Assembly (NCBI GenBank): GCA_028718635.1
Contig: JAQULK010000001.1
Location: forward strand, 479,755-543,754
Reading direction: 5' to 3'
Source: Minisyncoccota bacterium
Lineage (GTDB): Bacteria; Patescibacteriota; Minisyncoccia; Phycocordibacterales; UBA9973
Length of the DNA: 64,000 nucleotides
The position numbers were made by a program, and so were the translations under genes. Positions 29,459 through 39,850 of the stretch are shown here, in pieces; positions within the stretch are counted from its first letter, which is position 1, and each line of letters begins with the position of its first letter. Under the pieces are notes generated by a model. It did not search any database and was not told the DNA's origin. It saw only the letters and a program-made list of their open reading frames with translations.

Positions 29459-30114
29459 TTAATTTTTCTTAATCTTTTAAGAATAAAATTTATCATAGGC
29501 TTATGATTTCCAATAGAACCAAAAATACAAGCTTTTATGTAGTCATTTTTTGATTTTGGGCTCCAATCTATCATTTCATAACCAATACTTGAAACCAATA
29601 AATCTAAAAACAATCGAATGGTTCGCCCATTGCCTTCTCGAAAAGGATGTACTGCGTTGTATTCGTTATGAATAAATGCAATTTTATACGCTATGTCATT
29701 TTTTTTATCTTGCTTTTTGGGAATATCTTCCTTCAAGATTTTATCTAAATATTTTAAAGATGAATCTAGGTGGTTAACCGAAGCAAACATCATTTTTCCC
29801 TTTGATATATCGACTTCTCTTTTGCGCCCTGCCCAATCATACAATGTGCTAAGAAAATATTTATGTATAGAAAACAAAAATTTAACATCAAATGTCGCAA
29901 TATCGCGATTCTCTTTTGAAAGAAAAAACTCATAAGCATCTACTAGTAATATAGTTTCAGCATCTTCTAGCTCTTTTTGACTGGAAATACCAAGCTTATT
30001 TTTCAAAACTCCTCCTTCTAGACCAGCACTCTTGTTTGTAATATTATAACGAGAATGCCCTGCCATACTTTTGCAATTTTTTAATGATAAGGTTGTTTTT
30101 TTGGGCGCGAGCAA
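29455..30114 (-). CDS. fic: Fic/Doc (Fido) domain protein
   Basis: Canonical Fic motif HPFREGNGRTIR; 4-bp overlap with downstream cysteine-rich paralog 2. Confidence 0.8.
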   Translation of the reverse strand: MLAPKKTTLSLKNCKSMAGHSRYNITNKSAGLEGGVLKNKLGISSQKELEDAETILLVDAYEFFLSKENRDIATFDVKFLFSIHKYFLSTLYDWAGRKREVDISKGKMMFASVNHLDSSLKYLDKILKEDIPKKQDKKNDIAYKIAFIHNEYNAVHPFREGNGRTIRLFLDLLVSSIGYEMIDWSPKSKNDYIKACIFGSIGNHKPMINFILKRLRKIK

Positions 30115-30228
30115 ATCTAATCCCCTCTATTTTTGAAGAGGCTGAAACAGCATTTTTAATTTGTTTTTTACTAACAAACTTAGATAATATATGATTTTTC
30201 ATATATATATTATAGCATAAAATTTCTC

Positions 30229-31779
30229 TTATTCAAATTCCGTTGTGGCTGGAGGTTTTGGGGTCATATCAAAAAATACACGGACAATACCTTTATGTTT
30301 TGTGAGAGCATTTGTGATTTCATTTACAATTTCTTCCGAGAAGTAATAGCCTTTAGCTGTCATAAAATCCACAGTCTGCACGGCACGGATAGCAAGAGAA
30401 TGTCCGTAAACTCTTTCATCGCCTTTTACGCCAACGGAATTAACCCCAAGAAGAGCGACAATGAGTTGGGAAATATCTTTTGTAACATCGTATTTTTTTA
30501 AAATATCATTTACTGTTTTGTCTGCTTCTCGCACAAGGTCAAGCTTTTCTTTTGAAACTGGCGTACCGACAATTCTTAAAAATAAACCGGGACCAGGGAA
30601 AGGATTACGTTCAGAAATACTTTTTGGAAGTTTAAGTGCGCGAGCAAGTTCTCGAACTTCATATTTAAATAAATTTCTAAAAGGATGCAAGTCTTCCACT
30701 TTCCAATTAAGGCCTACATTGTGATGAGTCTTTATCATTGCTGACTTCCCTGCTTTCCCACTTTCAATAATATCTGTAGCTAAAGTTCCTTGAATTATAT
30801 ACTTTGCGCCGGTTTTTTTAATTTGTTCTTCAAAAATTCTTTGATATACAGTGCGAAACTCAGCTCTTTTTCTCTCTCCATCAATAGTTTTCCCGATATT
30901 TTTTATAAATTCTTTCTCAGTAGAAATTACCTTAAGGTTTTTTATGCCAGCATTTTTAGTATTACTTTTTAATTCTAAAATTTCGTTTTTTCTCAATCCT
31001 CCAGTATCTATGGCGACACAGATGAGCCTACTCCCTAAAACTGGAGCGAGGACGGCAGCTAAAGTAGTGGAATCTACTCCTCCCGAAACTCCCAGGATAA
31101 CTTTTTCATTCCCGCCACGGCGGGCAGGCTTTTTTACAATATTTAAAACTTCTTTTTGAATTTCATGGATTAGATTTGAAGGATTCCAATCTTTCTTACA
31201 GTCAGCAATATCTAAGAAATTCTGCAATATTTTTTTACCTTCTTTTGTATCGGCCACTTCCGGATGAAATTGAATTCCGAGCACCCGATTATTTTTATTG
31301 CTCATGGCGTTTATTCCGCCTGAAGTGGCAATAGAGATAAAACCTTTTGGAAGTTTAGTAACAGTATCTCCGTGGCTTGCCCAGACTTGCGTCTTTTTAG
31401 GAACTCCATTGAAAAGCGGATGAGTTGTGTTTAAGGTAACTAGAGTTGGTCCATATTCACGATGAGCAAGAGGCCTTTCGACTTTTCCGCCATTTTGATG
31501 AGCTAAAAGTTGCATACCATAACAGATTCCTAAAATTAAATATTTATCATTTTTTTCGCTAGTGTTTAGATTTTTTGGCAATCCTGGCGCTCCTTCATTG
31601 TGAACACTCCAATTACTACCTGAGAGAATGACTGCTTTTGGGGTGTTGTTTTTGAGCCATCTGTCTGCTTTATTTGGAGGTAATATAATGCTTCGCACTC
31701 CGAGTTCGCGTAAAGTTCTGCCGATCACTAAAGTGTATTGCGACCCGTAGTCCACAATCAAGATTTGTATATCATTCAT
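30229..31779 (-). CDS. guaA: GMP synthase (glutamine-hydrolysing)
   Basis: GATase1 N-domain (ILGICYGMQL), PP-loop GVSGGVDSTTLA, C-terminal dimerisation. Confidence 0.9.
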   Translation of the reverse strand: MNDIQILIVDYGSQYTLVIGRTLRELGVRSIILPPNKADRWLKNNTPKAVILSGSNWSVHNEGAPGLPKNLNTSEKNDKYLILGICYGMQLLAHQNGGKVERPLAHREYGPTLVTLNTTHPLFNGVPKKTQVWASHGDTVTKLPKGFISIATSGGINAMSNKNNRVLGIQFHPEVADTKEGKKILQNFLDIADCKKDWNPSNLIHEIQKEVLNIVKKPARRGGNEKVILGVSGGVDSTTLAAVLAPVLGSRLICVAIDTGGLRKNEILELKSNTKNAGIKNLKVISTEKEFIKNIGKTIDGERKRAEFRTVYQRIFEEQIKKTGAKYIIQGTLATDIIESGKAGKSAMIKTHHNVGLNWKVEDLHPFRNLFKYEVRELARALKLPKSISERNPFPGPGLFLRIVGTPVSKEKLDLVREADKTVNDILKKYDVTKDISQLIVALLGVNSVGVKGDERVYGHSLAIRAVQTVDFMTAKGYYFSEEIVNEITNALTKHKGIVRVFFDMTPKPPATTEFE

Positions 31780-31804
31780 AGTATGGTATTATACACGATA
31801 TATT

Positions 31805-33331
31805 ATGGCTTTGAAAGCGAAAAAAATTATAACCGAAATTAAAACAAAAATTGGAAAAAACATCCAAAGAGAAAATTTTAAAGAAGGCCTCACGTATGAC
31901 GATGTTTTGCTCGTGCCTCAATACTCGGAAGTCTTGCCTCGGAATGTTGATATTTCTTCTAAGCTTACAAAAAAAATTACGCTTAGCGTTCCGATTGTTT
32001 CTGCTGCCATGGATATGGTGACTGAAGCCGCTATGGCCATAGCTATGGCTCAAGAAGGAGGCATAGGAATTATCCATAAAAATATGGATATAGAAAAACA
32101 AGCAAAAGAGGTTCGTAAAGTTAAGCGTTCTGAAAGCGGTATGATCCATGACCCTATAACTTTGACAGAAGATTCATTATTGAGTGAAGCTCTAGCTATT
32201 ATGAAGGAACATAAAATCGGCGGTATCCCAATAATTAATGAAAATAAAGAATTAAAAGGAATTTTAACCAATCGCGATTTGCGATTTCAGGAAAATCTAG
32301 AGCTTCGAGTGAGCGCAGTTATGACCAAGGAAAACTTGATTACTGGAAGTATGGGTATGAATTTAAAAGATGCTGAAAAAATACTGACAGAACACAAAGT
32401 TGAAAAACTGCCATTGATTGATGGTAAAAACAGACTCATTGGTCTTATCACTTACAAAGATATAATGAAAGTAAAATCTCGACCGAAATCTTCTCGGGAC
32501 AATTTAGGCCGCTTGCGTGTCGGCGCGGCAGTCGGAGTGTCAGATGACACACCCGAGCGAGTAAAAGCGCTTCTGCAAAATGGAGTAGACGTAATTGTCA
32601 TTGATACGGCTCACGGCCACTCAAAAGGAGTGATCGAGATGCTGAAGAAAATTAAAAAAGAGTTTCCTAAATTGGAAGTCATTGTTGGAAATATTGCTAC
32701 CAAGGAAGCAGCTTTGGATTTAGTAAAAGCCGGAGCAGATGCGATAAAAGTCGGCATTGGACCAGGTTCGATTTGCACTACTCGAATAATCGCAGGAGTG
32801 GGTTTTCCCCAATTTTCTGCCGTGTATGAAATAGCCGAGGCTATCAAGGGTTCGGGTATACCCATAATCGCCGATGGGGGTATAAAACACACTGGAGACC
32901 TCACAAAGGCGATCGCAGCTGGGGCAAGCTCAGTGATGGCTGGTTCACTATTTGCTGGAGTTGAAGAATCCCCCGGCGAAGTAATTATTTTTGAATCCAG
33001 AAAATATAAAGCATATCGCGGGATGGGTTCTATTGAAGCTATGCAACTCGGATCAAAAGACAGGTATTTCCAAGATATGGAAAATGACATAAAAAAACTT
33101 GTACCGGAAGGAATCGTGGGTAGAGTTTCTTTCAAAGGATCGTTGTCGGAAGTAATTTATCAGCTCGTGGGAGGGCTAAGAGCTGGTATGGGATATTGCG
33201 GAGCACCCAATATAAAAACTCTTCAAGATAAAGCTAGATTTGTTAAAATTACTTATGCTGGTATAAAAGAAAGTCATCCTCATGACGTCGTAATTACAAA
33301 AGAATCTCCTAACTATAGTATCGGACAGTAA
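31805..33331 (+). CDS. guaB: IMP dehydrogenase
   Basis: GLTYDDVLLVPQYSEVLP, CBS pair, catalytic GIGPGSICTTR loop. Confidence 0.9.
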   Translation: MALKAKKIITEIKTKIGKNIQRENFKEGLTYDDVLLVPQYSEVLPRNVDISSKLTKKITLSVPIVSAAMDMVTEAAMAIAMAQEGGIGIIHKNMDIEKQAKEVRKVKRSESGMIHDPITLTEDSLLSEALAIMKEHKIGGIPIINENKELKGILTNRDLRFQENLELRVSAVMTKENLITGSMGMNLKDAEKILTEHKVEKLPLIDGKNRLIGLITYKDIMKVKSRPKSSRDNLGRLRVGAAVGVSDDTPERVKALLQNGVDVIVIDTAHGHSKGVIEMLKKIKKEFPKLEVIVGNIATKEAALDLVKAGADAIKVGIGPGSICTTRIIAGVGFPQFSAVYEIAEAIKGSGIPIIADGGIKHTGDLTKAIAAGASSVMAGSLFAGVEESPGEVIIFESRKYKAYRGMGSIEAMQLGSKDRYFQDMENDIKKLVPEGIVGRVSFKGSLSEVIYQLVGGLRAGMGYCGAPNIKTLQDKARFVKITYAGIKESHPHDVVITKESPNYSIGQ

Positions 33332-33350
33332 ATAATTTTAAATTAATTTA

Positions 33351-34739
33351 ATGTCTAGAAAAAAAGAATCTAAAAATATAAAACCCCACTTGACTTCCCA
33401 TATCGGAAGCAAGCGAGGTTTTATAGATGTAGTCGTAGGTCTTCAATGGGGCGATGAAGGAAAAGGTAAAAATATTGATCAACTTTTATCTAGTGGTATT
33501 TATGGGGCTGTCGCTCGTTTCCAAGGCGGAGCTAATGCAGGGCATACTCTCAAATTAGGCAAAACCACTTTCATTGGCCATATTGTTCCGTCCGGATGTC
33601 TTCACAAGAAAGTAGAATTGTATATTGGCAATGGCGTGGTGGTTGATGCTCTGTCTTTAGTCACAGAAATTTCTCAATTGAAAAGTTTAGGTTTCGATGT
33701 TGCTCCCCGTCTTTATATTTCCAATCGCGCAAAATTGGTCTCATATCTGCATCCTTTTTTAGACCAGGCGGAAGAGCATCGTCGAGGTAAATTAAAACAA
33801 AAACTAGGAACAAGAATAGGCACTACAGCGAGAGGCATAGGGCCAGTTTACAGTGATGCGCGAGCAAGAAGAGCGCTCTCCGTCGGCGACATATTATTGC
33901 CGGATTTTGAAAATAAAGAATTAATTTTGTCAGAATTCCATATGAATCTTTTGAATATGTATAAAGAAAAATATGGTTTTGAAATTGACCTTAAAAAAAT
34001 TAAAGAGGCTAAAAAGAAATGGCTCGAAGCTGTGAAAAAAATCAAAAAACTTAAGATTTGCGATCTGTCATCTTTTATACAAAAAAGACTTAAAGAAGGG
34101 AAAAATATTTTAGCTGAAGGCGCGCAGGCGGTGATGCTAGATATTAATTTTGGAGATTATCCGAATGTAACAAGCAGTAATACCCTACCAGCGAGCGTTT
34201 GCTTGGGTTTGGGCATTCCTCACACTTATCTGCGGAATGTATATGGTGTGATAAAAGCTTATACGACCAAAGTGGGCGGTGGGAGCTTCCCTGCTAGAAT
34301 TAAAGATCCTGAATTAGAAAAGCTTTTCCAAAATGCGGGCTGTGAATTCGGATCGACGACTGGACGGCCTAGAATGTGCGGTTGGCTTGATTTATTTGCC
34401 TTGCGTTATGCCATAGAACTTTCTGGAGCTAATAAGATTTTTATTAATAAGGCTGATATTTGTCCAAGTGATAAAATAAAAGTTGTCAACGGGTATAAAA
34501 GCAGCAATAAAGTTTTGAAAGATTTTCCACTTTACCTAAATAAGGTGACCGATGTAATTACAGAAGAAATATCTGGCTGGGGCAATGCCAACTTTGGTGT
34601 TAATGATAAAAAAAGAGTATCCAAAGAGCTCGTTTCTTATTTAAAATATATAAAAAGTAAACTCTCCGACCTAGATCTAAAAATTATCTCCGTCGGCACA
34701 GGCCCAGACCGAGATCAATTTTTCAAATGGGATAATTAA
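33351..34739 (+). CDS. purA: adenylosuccinate synthetase
   Basis: VVVGLQWGDEGKGKNID P-loop, GIGP, full-length. Confidence 0.9.
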   Translation: MSRKKESKNIKPHLTSHIGSKRGFIDVVVGLQWGDEGKGKNIDQLLSSGIYGAVARFQGGANAGHTLKLGKTTFIGHIVPSGCLHKKVELYIGNGVVVDALSLVTEISQLKSLGFDVAPRLYISNRAKLVSYLHPFLDQAEEHRRGKLKQKLGTRIGTTARGIGPVYSDARARRALSVGDILLPDFENKELILSEFHMNLLNMYKEKYGFEIDLKKIKEAKKKWLEAVKKIKKLKICDLSSFIQKRLKEGKNILAEGAQAVMLDINFGDYPNVTSSNTLPASVCLGLGIPHTYLRNVYGVIKAYTTKVGGGSFPARIKDPELEKLFQNAGCEFGSTTGRPRMCGWLDLFALRYAIELSGANKIFINKADICPSDKIKVVNGYKSSNKVLKDFPLYLNKVTDVITEEISGWGNANFGVNDKKRVSKELVSYLKYIKSKLSDLDLKIISVGTGPDRDQFFKWDN

Positions 34740-34777
34740 TTTGTGCGAGGTCTTGCTTTGCACAATACCAGAAAATA

Positions 34778-34806
34778 TTGACAAAACAGTCAATATATGT
34801 TATCTT
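34778..34806 (+). promoter_or_regulatory. candidate promoter TTGACA-17-TATCTT with overlapping palindromes (ttgtgc..gcacaa; ttgac..gtcaa), followed by GGAGG SD
   Basis: Hexamers and spacing read from sequence; GGAGG 5 nt before ATG 34865. Confidence 0.35.
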
Positions 34807-34864
34807 ATATGCGGATAATGTCAGGTGGTGCGGATAGTACTACCTATAAAAAATTGGAGGGATT

Positions 34865-35311
34865 ATGAAATACTTTTTTGGTGGTGGTTCAGAAAAACTG
34901 TCTGAAAGGAAGATAGGAGAAGATGTGGGAGAATTCATTGATTTTATGTTACTCATTCAACATGCTGGCGAAGATATTTTGTTGACCAGTAATCTGTACC
35001 TAATTGAAACAAATCTTCAACTTTTAATTTCATATTTTTGCCACGTTGAACCTATCAATGTTGCTGATATTAATGTTTTGAAAATAATCAACGAAAGGTA
35101 TCAACACATTATCAAAAGAAATGGTTATAAAAAGGCGCAAAAAGAAGAAGAACTGGCAAATCTTCGAAGGGAAATCAGTGAAATCCTTCAAAAAAATTCT
35201 GTTACAATAATTGACATGTGGGATTTTGGATGTAATCCCTTACACTACCATTCTCTCAGAGATTTCCCTCACAACAAAGGAAATGCTTACCTTGCCTATA
35301 TAGGTAAGTAA
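34865..35311 (+). CDS. hypothetical protein (own promoter, strong SD)
   Basis: 148-aa ORF, no motif recognised; unlike neighbouring genes has canonical -35/-10 and GGAGG RBS. Confidence 0.45.
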   Translation: MKYFFGGGSEKLSERKIGEDVGEFIDFMLLIQHAGEDILLTSNLYLIETNLQLLISYFCHVEPINVADINVLKIINERYQHIIKRNGYKKAQKEEELANLRREISEILQKNSVTIIDMWDFGCNPLHYHSLRDFPHNKGNAYLAYIGK

Positions 35312-35321
35312 TCGCTATCAA

Positions 35322-35370
35322 GCCGTTCTAGAGCTGCGCCGAAAAGCCGCCTGAGGAACGGCTTTTCATT
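35322..35370. terminator. hairpin terminator between convergent 34865-35311 gene and purD
   Basis: gccgttc...aaagccgcctgaggaacggctttt + T-rich tail. Confidence 0.4.
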
Positions 35371-35416
35371 TGGGAAAATAATTTTCTTAGATTATCATAT
35401 ATGATATATTAAGAAA

Positions 35417-36736
35417 TTAAATTTTTTCTGTTTTTAAAGCAGATTGGCCGATGTCTTTGCGGTATTGCATGCCCCTAAATGAAATTTTTTCGATGGCTTT
35501 ATAAGCTTTTGCAAGGGCTTCTTCAAGAGAATTGCCTATAGCTGAAACTCCAAGCACTCGCCCGCCACTCGTAACAAGTTTGCCATTTTCCATTTTAGAG
35601 CCCGCATGAAAGACGACGATGTCGGGTTGCATTTCCGCTTCATCAATACCGGTGATTATTTTCCCCTTTTCATAATTTTCCGGATATCCGCCGGAAGCGA
35701 GCGCAATATTACAAGCGGACACATTTTTCCATTTTATTTCTTGTTCATTTAATTTTTTATCAACACAGGCATTCAAAATTGCTAATAAGTCCGTGTCGAG
35801 CAGTCTCATGTAAACTTGGCATTCTGGATCACCAAAACGGGTATTGAATTCAATAATTTTAGGACCGTCCTTAGTCAGCATTAGGCTCGGATATAAAATT
35901 CCTTCAAAAGGAACTCCATCATCCATCATGCCTTTCAGTGTGGGAGCTATCACTTCCTTTTCTATCCTTTCCATCATCTCCCCGCTCACAAACGGAAGCG
36001 GTCCTATTACCCCCATTCCGCCAGTATTGGGTCCTTTGTCCCCTTCAAAAATTCTTTTGTGATCCTGCGAGCTTGGGAAGATCTTATAATTACTGCCGTC
36101 TGATAAAGCATGAATTGAAATTTCATGGCCGATTAAAAATTCTTCTATCACTACTTCATTGCCGGAATCCCCGAATATTTTCTTTACCATGATTTCCTCA
36201 AGTGCAGTATTTGCCTCTTCAATATTTTGAGCGATGATTACACCCTTACCGAAAGCTAGACCGTCTGCCTTGATAACGATCGGAAATGACTGCCTGCTAA
36301 TGTAATCTTTTGCTTCTTCAAATTTATTGAATATTTTAAATTTGGCTGTCGGTAGATTATGCTTATACATGAAATCTTTTGAAAAAGTTTTAGACCATTC
36401 CAAATGCGCCGCAGCCTTGGTCGGCCCCCAGATCCGCAAATTTGCCTTTCTAAATTCTTCCACTAGGTCAGTAGCCAATACCCCATCCGAAGCAGCGAGG
36501 GTTAAGTCAATATTTTCTTTTTTAGCGAACTCTATCAACTTTGGAATATCCACAGTCTTAATGTCTACATTTATTCCCAATTTCAAAGTACCGGCATTTC
36601 CAGGGGCAAAGAAAATCTGTCCGCACTGCGGTGATTGGGCGATCTTCCATCCCAAGGCATGTTCTCGTCCGCCACCTGCACCGATAATTAAAATTTTTTG
36701 CCTCGCCCCAAGGGCTACGGCCGAGGGTTTTTGCAT
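35417..36736 (-). CDS. purD: phosphoribosylamine--glycine ligase
   Basis: ILIIGAGGREHALGWK N-terminus, ATP-grasp. Confidence 0.9.
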   Translation of the reverse strand: MQKPSAVALGARQKILIIGAGGGREHALGWKIAQSPQCGQIFFAPGNAGTLKLGINVDIKTVDIPKLIEFAKKENIDLTLAASDGVLATDLVEEFRKANLRIWGPTKAAAHLEWSKTFSKDFMYKHNLPTAKFKIFNKFEEAKDYISRQSFPIVIKADGLAFGKGVIIAQNIEEANTALEEIMVKKIFGDSGNEVVIEEFLIGHEISIHALSDGSNYKIFPSSQDHKRIFEGDKGPNTGGMGVIGPLPFVSGEMMERIEKEVIAPTLKGMMDDGVPFEGILYPSLMLTKDGPKIIEFNTRFGDPECQVYMRLLDTDLLAILNACVDKKLNEQEIKWKNVSACNIALASGGYPENYEKGKIITGIDEAEMQPDIVVFHAGSKMENGKLVTSGGRVLGVSAIGNSLEEALAKAYKAIEKISFRGMQYRKDIGQSALKTEKI

Positions 36737-36744
36737 ATTATTTT

Positions 36745-36856
36745 GAATTATGAAACATAACTTTTCGAAGGGGTTTCGAGCGCGACGGCGCGAGAACTTC
36801 AGGATTTTTCAAGTTTCGAAAAATCCGTACCGAAGAAAAGTTTATGTTTTGTAATT
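36745..36856. repeat. ~112-bp palindromic repeat, copy 4 (orientation B)
   Basis: Between purD start and purN stop; cgcgacggcgcg core. Confidence 0.75.
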
Positions 36857-36861
36857 AATGA

Positions 36862-37491
36862 TTATTGTGTTAATTCTTGTAATACTTCGACATACAATGC
36901 ATTTTCTTTGATTTTTAATCGCCCATACAAGGACTCAACATTGTCACCTTCCTTGATTTTTTCAAAAGTTCTCCCTAAAACTGGACCAAAATCAAAATTC
37001 AAGGTTAAAAAATGAACCGATGATCCAGCGAAAGTGGCCTTTTTGTCCAAGAAATTAGCAATCGCTTTATCAGTCATCATGCCTTTGTTCCAAAGAGCTT
37101 CTGTTCCGTCTGGATTTTTAAAACTTTCATTAACTGTATCTGGAATTAATCCAGGGTGTAGATTTAAGATCTTATTTGGAAACGCAAGGATTACTTCATC
37201 TAAAATAATTTGTTTCCAGCCAGCCAAACAAATATACGTTGGATCAATTTTTCTTAGAAGCGCGAGCAAATTTTCTTTAGATTCGCAAATCTCAATTTTT
37301 AAATTATTTTTTCGAGCATGCTCTAGGCCTTGAGCCTTTTCAGTATCTGAAACTACTGCACAAATTTCAGCCTTAATTATCCCAGAATTGACTCCATCAA
37401 TTATCGCCTTGAGGTTTGTGCCAGTACCGGCATTAGAAATTAATACGACTAATTTTATTTTATCTGATGTTTTATTTGGTTGAGACATCAT
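36862..37491 (-). CDS. purN: phosphoribosylglycinamide formyltransferase
   Basis: KLVVLISNAGTGTNL N-terminus, formyl-transferase fold. Confidence 0.85.
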   Translation of the reverse strand: MMSQPNKTSDKIKLVVLISNAGTGTNLKAIIDGVNSGIIKAEICAVVSDTEKAQGLEHARKNNLKIEICESKENLLALLRKIDPTYICLAGWKQIILDEVILAFPNKILNLHPGLIPDTVNESFKNPDGTEALWNKGMMTDKAIANFLDKKATFAGSSVHFLTLNFDFGPVLGRTFEKIKEGDNVESLYGRLKIKENALYVEVLQELTQ

Positions 37492-38872
37492 ATCTTACAT
37501 CTTTTTTGCGTTCTTTTAAATCAATAGGGTAAATACCAGTAAAGCATGAAGTGGATAATTTATCTTTTGGTAGTCCAATAGCTTTTATTAATCCATCGAG
37601 CGAGAGATAGTGTAGCGACGTAGCTCCCATAAATTTACGAACTTCTTCTACGCTCTTATAAGCTGCTATTAATTCATCTTGGTAGGGAGTATCCATGCCA
37701 TAAAAATCCGGATAGCGGATGGCGGGAGAAGAAATCAAAAGATGCACTTCTTTGGCTCCCGCTTTAAATAAAGTTTTGACTATTTTTTTACAGGTGTGTC
37801 CTCTGACGATAGAATCATCGATGACTATTATTTTTTTTCCTTTCAAGACCTGCGGAAGCGGTATGAGCTTGAGCGCTACGCTGTTTCGCCTGGATTGCTG
37901 ATCAGGTTCGATGAAAGTTCTATGAACATAGCGATTTTTTACTAAAGCCATCTCCATTGGAATACCAGAAGCTTGGCTGAAGCCCATAGCCACCGGTGTT
38001 GCCGTGTCTGGCACAGGTACGACAAGATCAACTTTTTTCTTAAATTCATGGGCTAAAGCTTTTCCGAAGTTTTCTCTAACCTGGTAAACTAATTTACCTG
38101 AGAGTACGCTATCGGGTCGGGCAAAATAAACATATTCAAATATATCGTGTTTTGGATTGGATGGCGCCAATTGGATGCTCTTTAGTCCTTTTTCATTAAT
38201 GACAACCATTTCTCCAGGTTTCACTTCTCTAAAAAATGTCGCCCCGATAGTTTGAAGCGCGCATGATTCTGAAGCAATAACATAACTCCGGCCAAGTTTT
38301 CCTATAGAGAGCGGACGCATTCCATAAGCATCGCGCAGAGCAACTAGAGTATCCTTGGTCATCATCACTAAAGAAAAAGCCCCAGTAAATAACGGGAAGG
38401 CTTTTTTTACAGACTCTGAAATTGAATTCCCCTCTTTAATATAAAAATCGATGGCATCCGCCATCAGCTCTGAATCATTGCGATCTTTTTTTAATGCTTT
38501 TTTTGAAGAAAGAAAATTCTCTAATGCTTTTGTGCTTGGGAGATTTCCATTATGCGCTAGCGCAAAAGATTTTTCTTTGTTTACGACGGGCTGAGCATGA
38601 TTGAGCGCGCCTCCCTTAGAGGTAGAATATCTATTGTGGCCGATAGCAATATTCCCTGTTAGTAATTTTTTTATTATTTTTTCCGTGTAAATTTGGGACA
38701 CGAGTCCTGCACCTTTGTGGGTTTTAAATTTTACTCCATTATTGGTGGTAATTCCGGAAGCTTCTTGACCCCTGTGTTGTAAGGCAAATAAAGCAAAAAA
38801 TGCCAGTCTGGAAATAGGCAAATCCTTACCGTATATCCCTACGATTCCGCACTTTTCTTTTAGTTCACTCAT
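37472..38872 (-). CDS. purF: amidophosphoribosyltransferase
   Basis: MCGIVGIYG Ntn-Cys start (after MSELKEK), PRTase domain DDSIVRG. Confidence 0.9.
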   Translation of the reverse strand: MSELKEKCGIVGIYGKDLPISRLAFFALFALQHRGQEASGITTNNGVKFKTHKGAGLVSQIYTEKIIKKLLTGNIAIGHNRYSTSKGGALNHAQPVVNKEKSFALAHNGNLPSTKALENFLSSKKALKKDRNDSELMADAIDFYIKEGNSISESVKKAFPLFTGAFSLVMMTKDTLVALRDAYGMRPLSIGKLGRSYVIASESCALQTIGATFFREVKPGEMVVINEKGLKSIQLAPSNPKHDIFEYVYFARPDSVLSGKLVYQVRENFGKALAHEFKKKVDLVVPVPDTATPVAMGFSQASGIPMEMALVKNRYVHRTFIEPDQQSRRNSVALKLIPLPQVLKGKKIIVIDDSIVRGHTCKKIVKTLFKAGAKEVHLLISSPAIRYPDFYGMDTPYQDELIAAYKSVEEVRKFMGATSLHYLSLDGLIKAIGLPKDKLSTSCFTGIYPIDLKERKKDVRYDVSTK

Positions 38873-38883
38873 AATTTTGTTTT

Positions 38884-38992
38884 AGTTATTTTACATCAAC
38901 TTTTTCCGGTACGGATTTTTTGAAGCTTAAAAAATCCTGAAGTTCTCGCGCCGTCGCGCTCGAAACCCCTCCAAAAGTTATGTAAAATAACT
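38884..38992. repeat. ~110-bp palindromic repeat, copy 5 (orientation A, degenerate ends agttattttacat...atgtaaaataact)
   Basis: Conserved core ccggtacggattttttgaagcttaaaaaatcctgaagttctcgcgccgtcgcgctcgaaacccct; 3' end encodes last 3 codons + stop of purQ. Confidence 0.7.
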
Positions 38993-39778
38993 AACTGCAT
39001 TTTTAAAAATTTGTAATCCTGCCCCTTCCCTCGGCCATAGCCCTACGGGCGAGGCCTTGGAAACCTTTTTATTAAATTGCCACATTGGATTTTGGTGCGC
39101 AAACATTGCCCTCTCCGGATGTGGCATCATGCCTAGTACTCTGCCATTATATGCTAAAACTCCCGCAATGTCATGTTCCGATCCATTTGGGTTTTTTTCT
39201 AGGTTTTGAAACTCGCAAATTTCTCCATTTGCATATACAAAAGCAATTTCCCCACTTTTTTTCATTTTTAGGTATTCTTTTTGAGAGATTTTATAACGTC
39301 CTTCACCATGAGCTATCGGTAATGATATCTTTCTGATATTTTTTAACCAAGGACTACTTGCCCCGCCATGGCGTGGGGTTCCTTTAGCCTCTAGGTCCAC
39401 CCACCTATCCAAATATTTTCCATTTTTATTATAGGTGAGCGCGCCGGGTAAGATTCCTAAATTTGTCATTATCTGAAACCCATTACAAATGCCTATAGCA
39501 AGAGTATTGCCTGATAAAAATTCTATTAACTCCTTCGCTAAATGATTTTTAAATTTATTTGCGTAAGCTTTCCCGCTTCCTGTGTCGTCTCCATAAGAGA
39601 ATCCCCCAGGGAAAACCAAAATTTGATAACCAGAGAGCATTTTCGGCTTTTTTATCAGATCATTAATATGCACAATATCCACGGCTCCGCCCACTCTCTC
39701 AAAAGCGAATTTTGTTTCTTCTTCGCAATTCAATCCGTATCCAGACATTATTATTATTTTTGGTTTTTTGTTTTTCAT
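38978..39778 (-). CDS. purQ: FGAM synthase I, glutamine amidotransferase subunit
   Basis: KIIIMSGYGLNCEEET..., catalytic GICNGFQ, HGEGR. Confidence 0.9.
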   Translation of the reverse strand: MKNKKPKIIIMSGYGLNCEEETKFAFERVGGAVDIVHINDLIKKPKMLSGYQILVFPGGFSYGDDTGSGKAYANKFKNHLAKELIEFLSGNTLAIGICNGFQIMTNLGILPGALTYNKNGKYLDRWVDLEAKGTPRHGGASSPWLKNIRKISLPIAHGEGRYKISQKEYLKMKKSGEIAFVYANGEICEFQNLEKNPNGSEHDIAGVLAYNGRVLGMMPHPERAMFAHQNPMWQFNKKVSKASPVGLWPREGAGLQIFKNAVSYFT

Positions 39779-39789
39779 GATTTTAAATT

Positions 39790-39850
39790 CTCCTCACCCC
39801 TTTCTTTCCCCTCTCCATTATTGATGTAATGGAGAGGGGCTGGGGAGAGG
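39790..39850. repeat. palindromic GGAGAGGGG-family element, copy b
   Basis: cccctctccattattgatgtaatggagagggg + ctggggagagg; between purQ start and paralog-3 stop. Confidence 0.5.

Noticed and set aside
39542-39829. 95-aa plus-strand ORF spanning the purQ start and the palindromic element
   Set aside because: It is generated by reading through the cccctctcc/ggagagggg palindrome and is antisense to purQ
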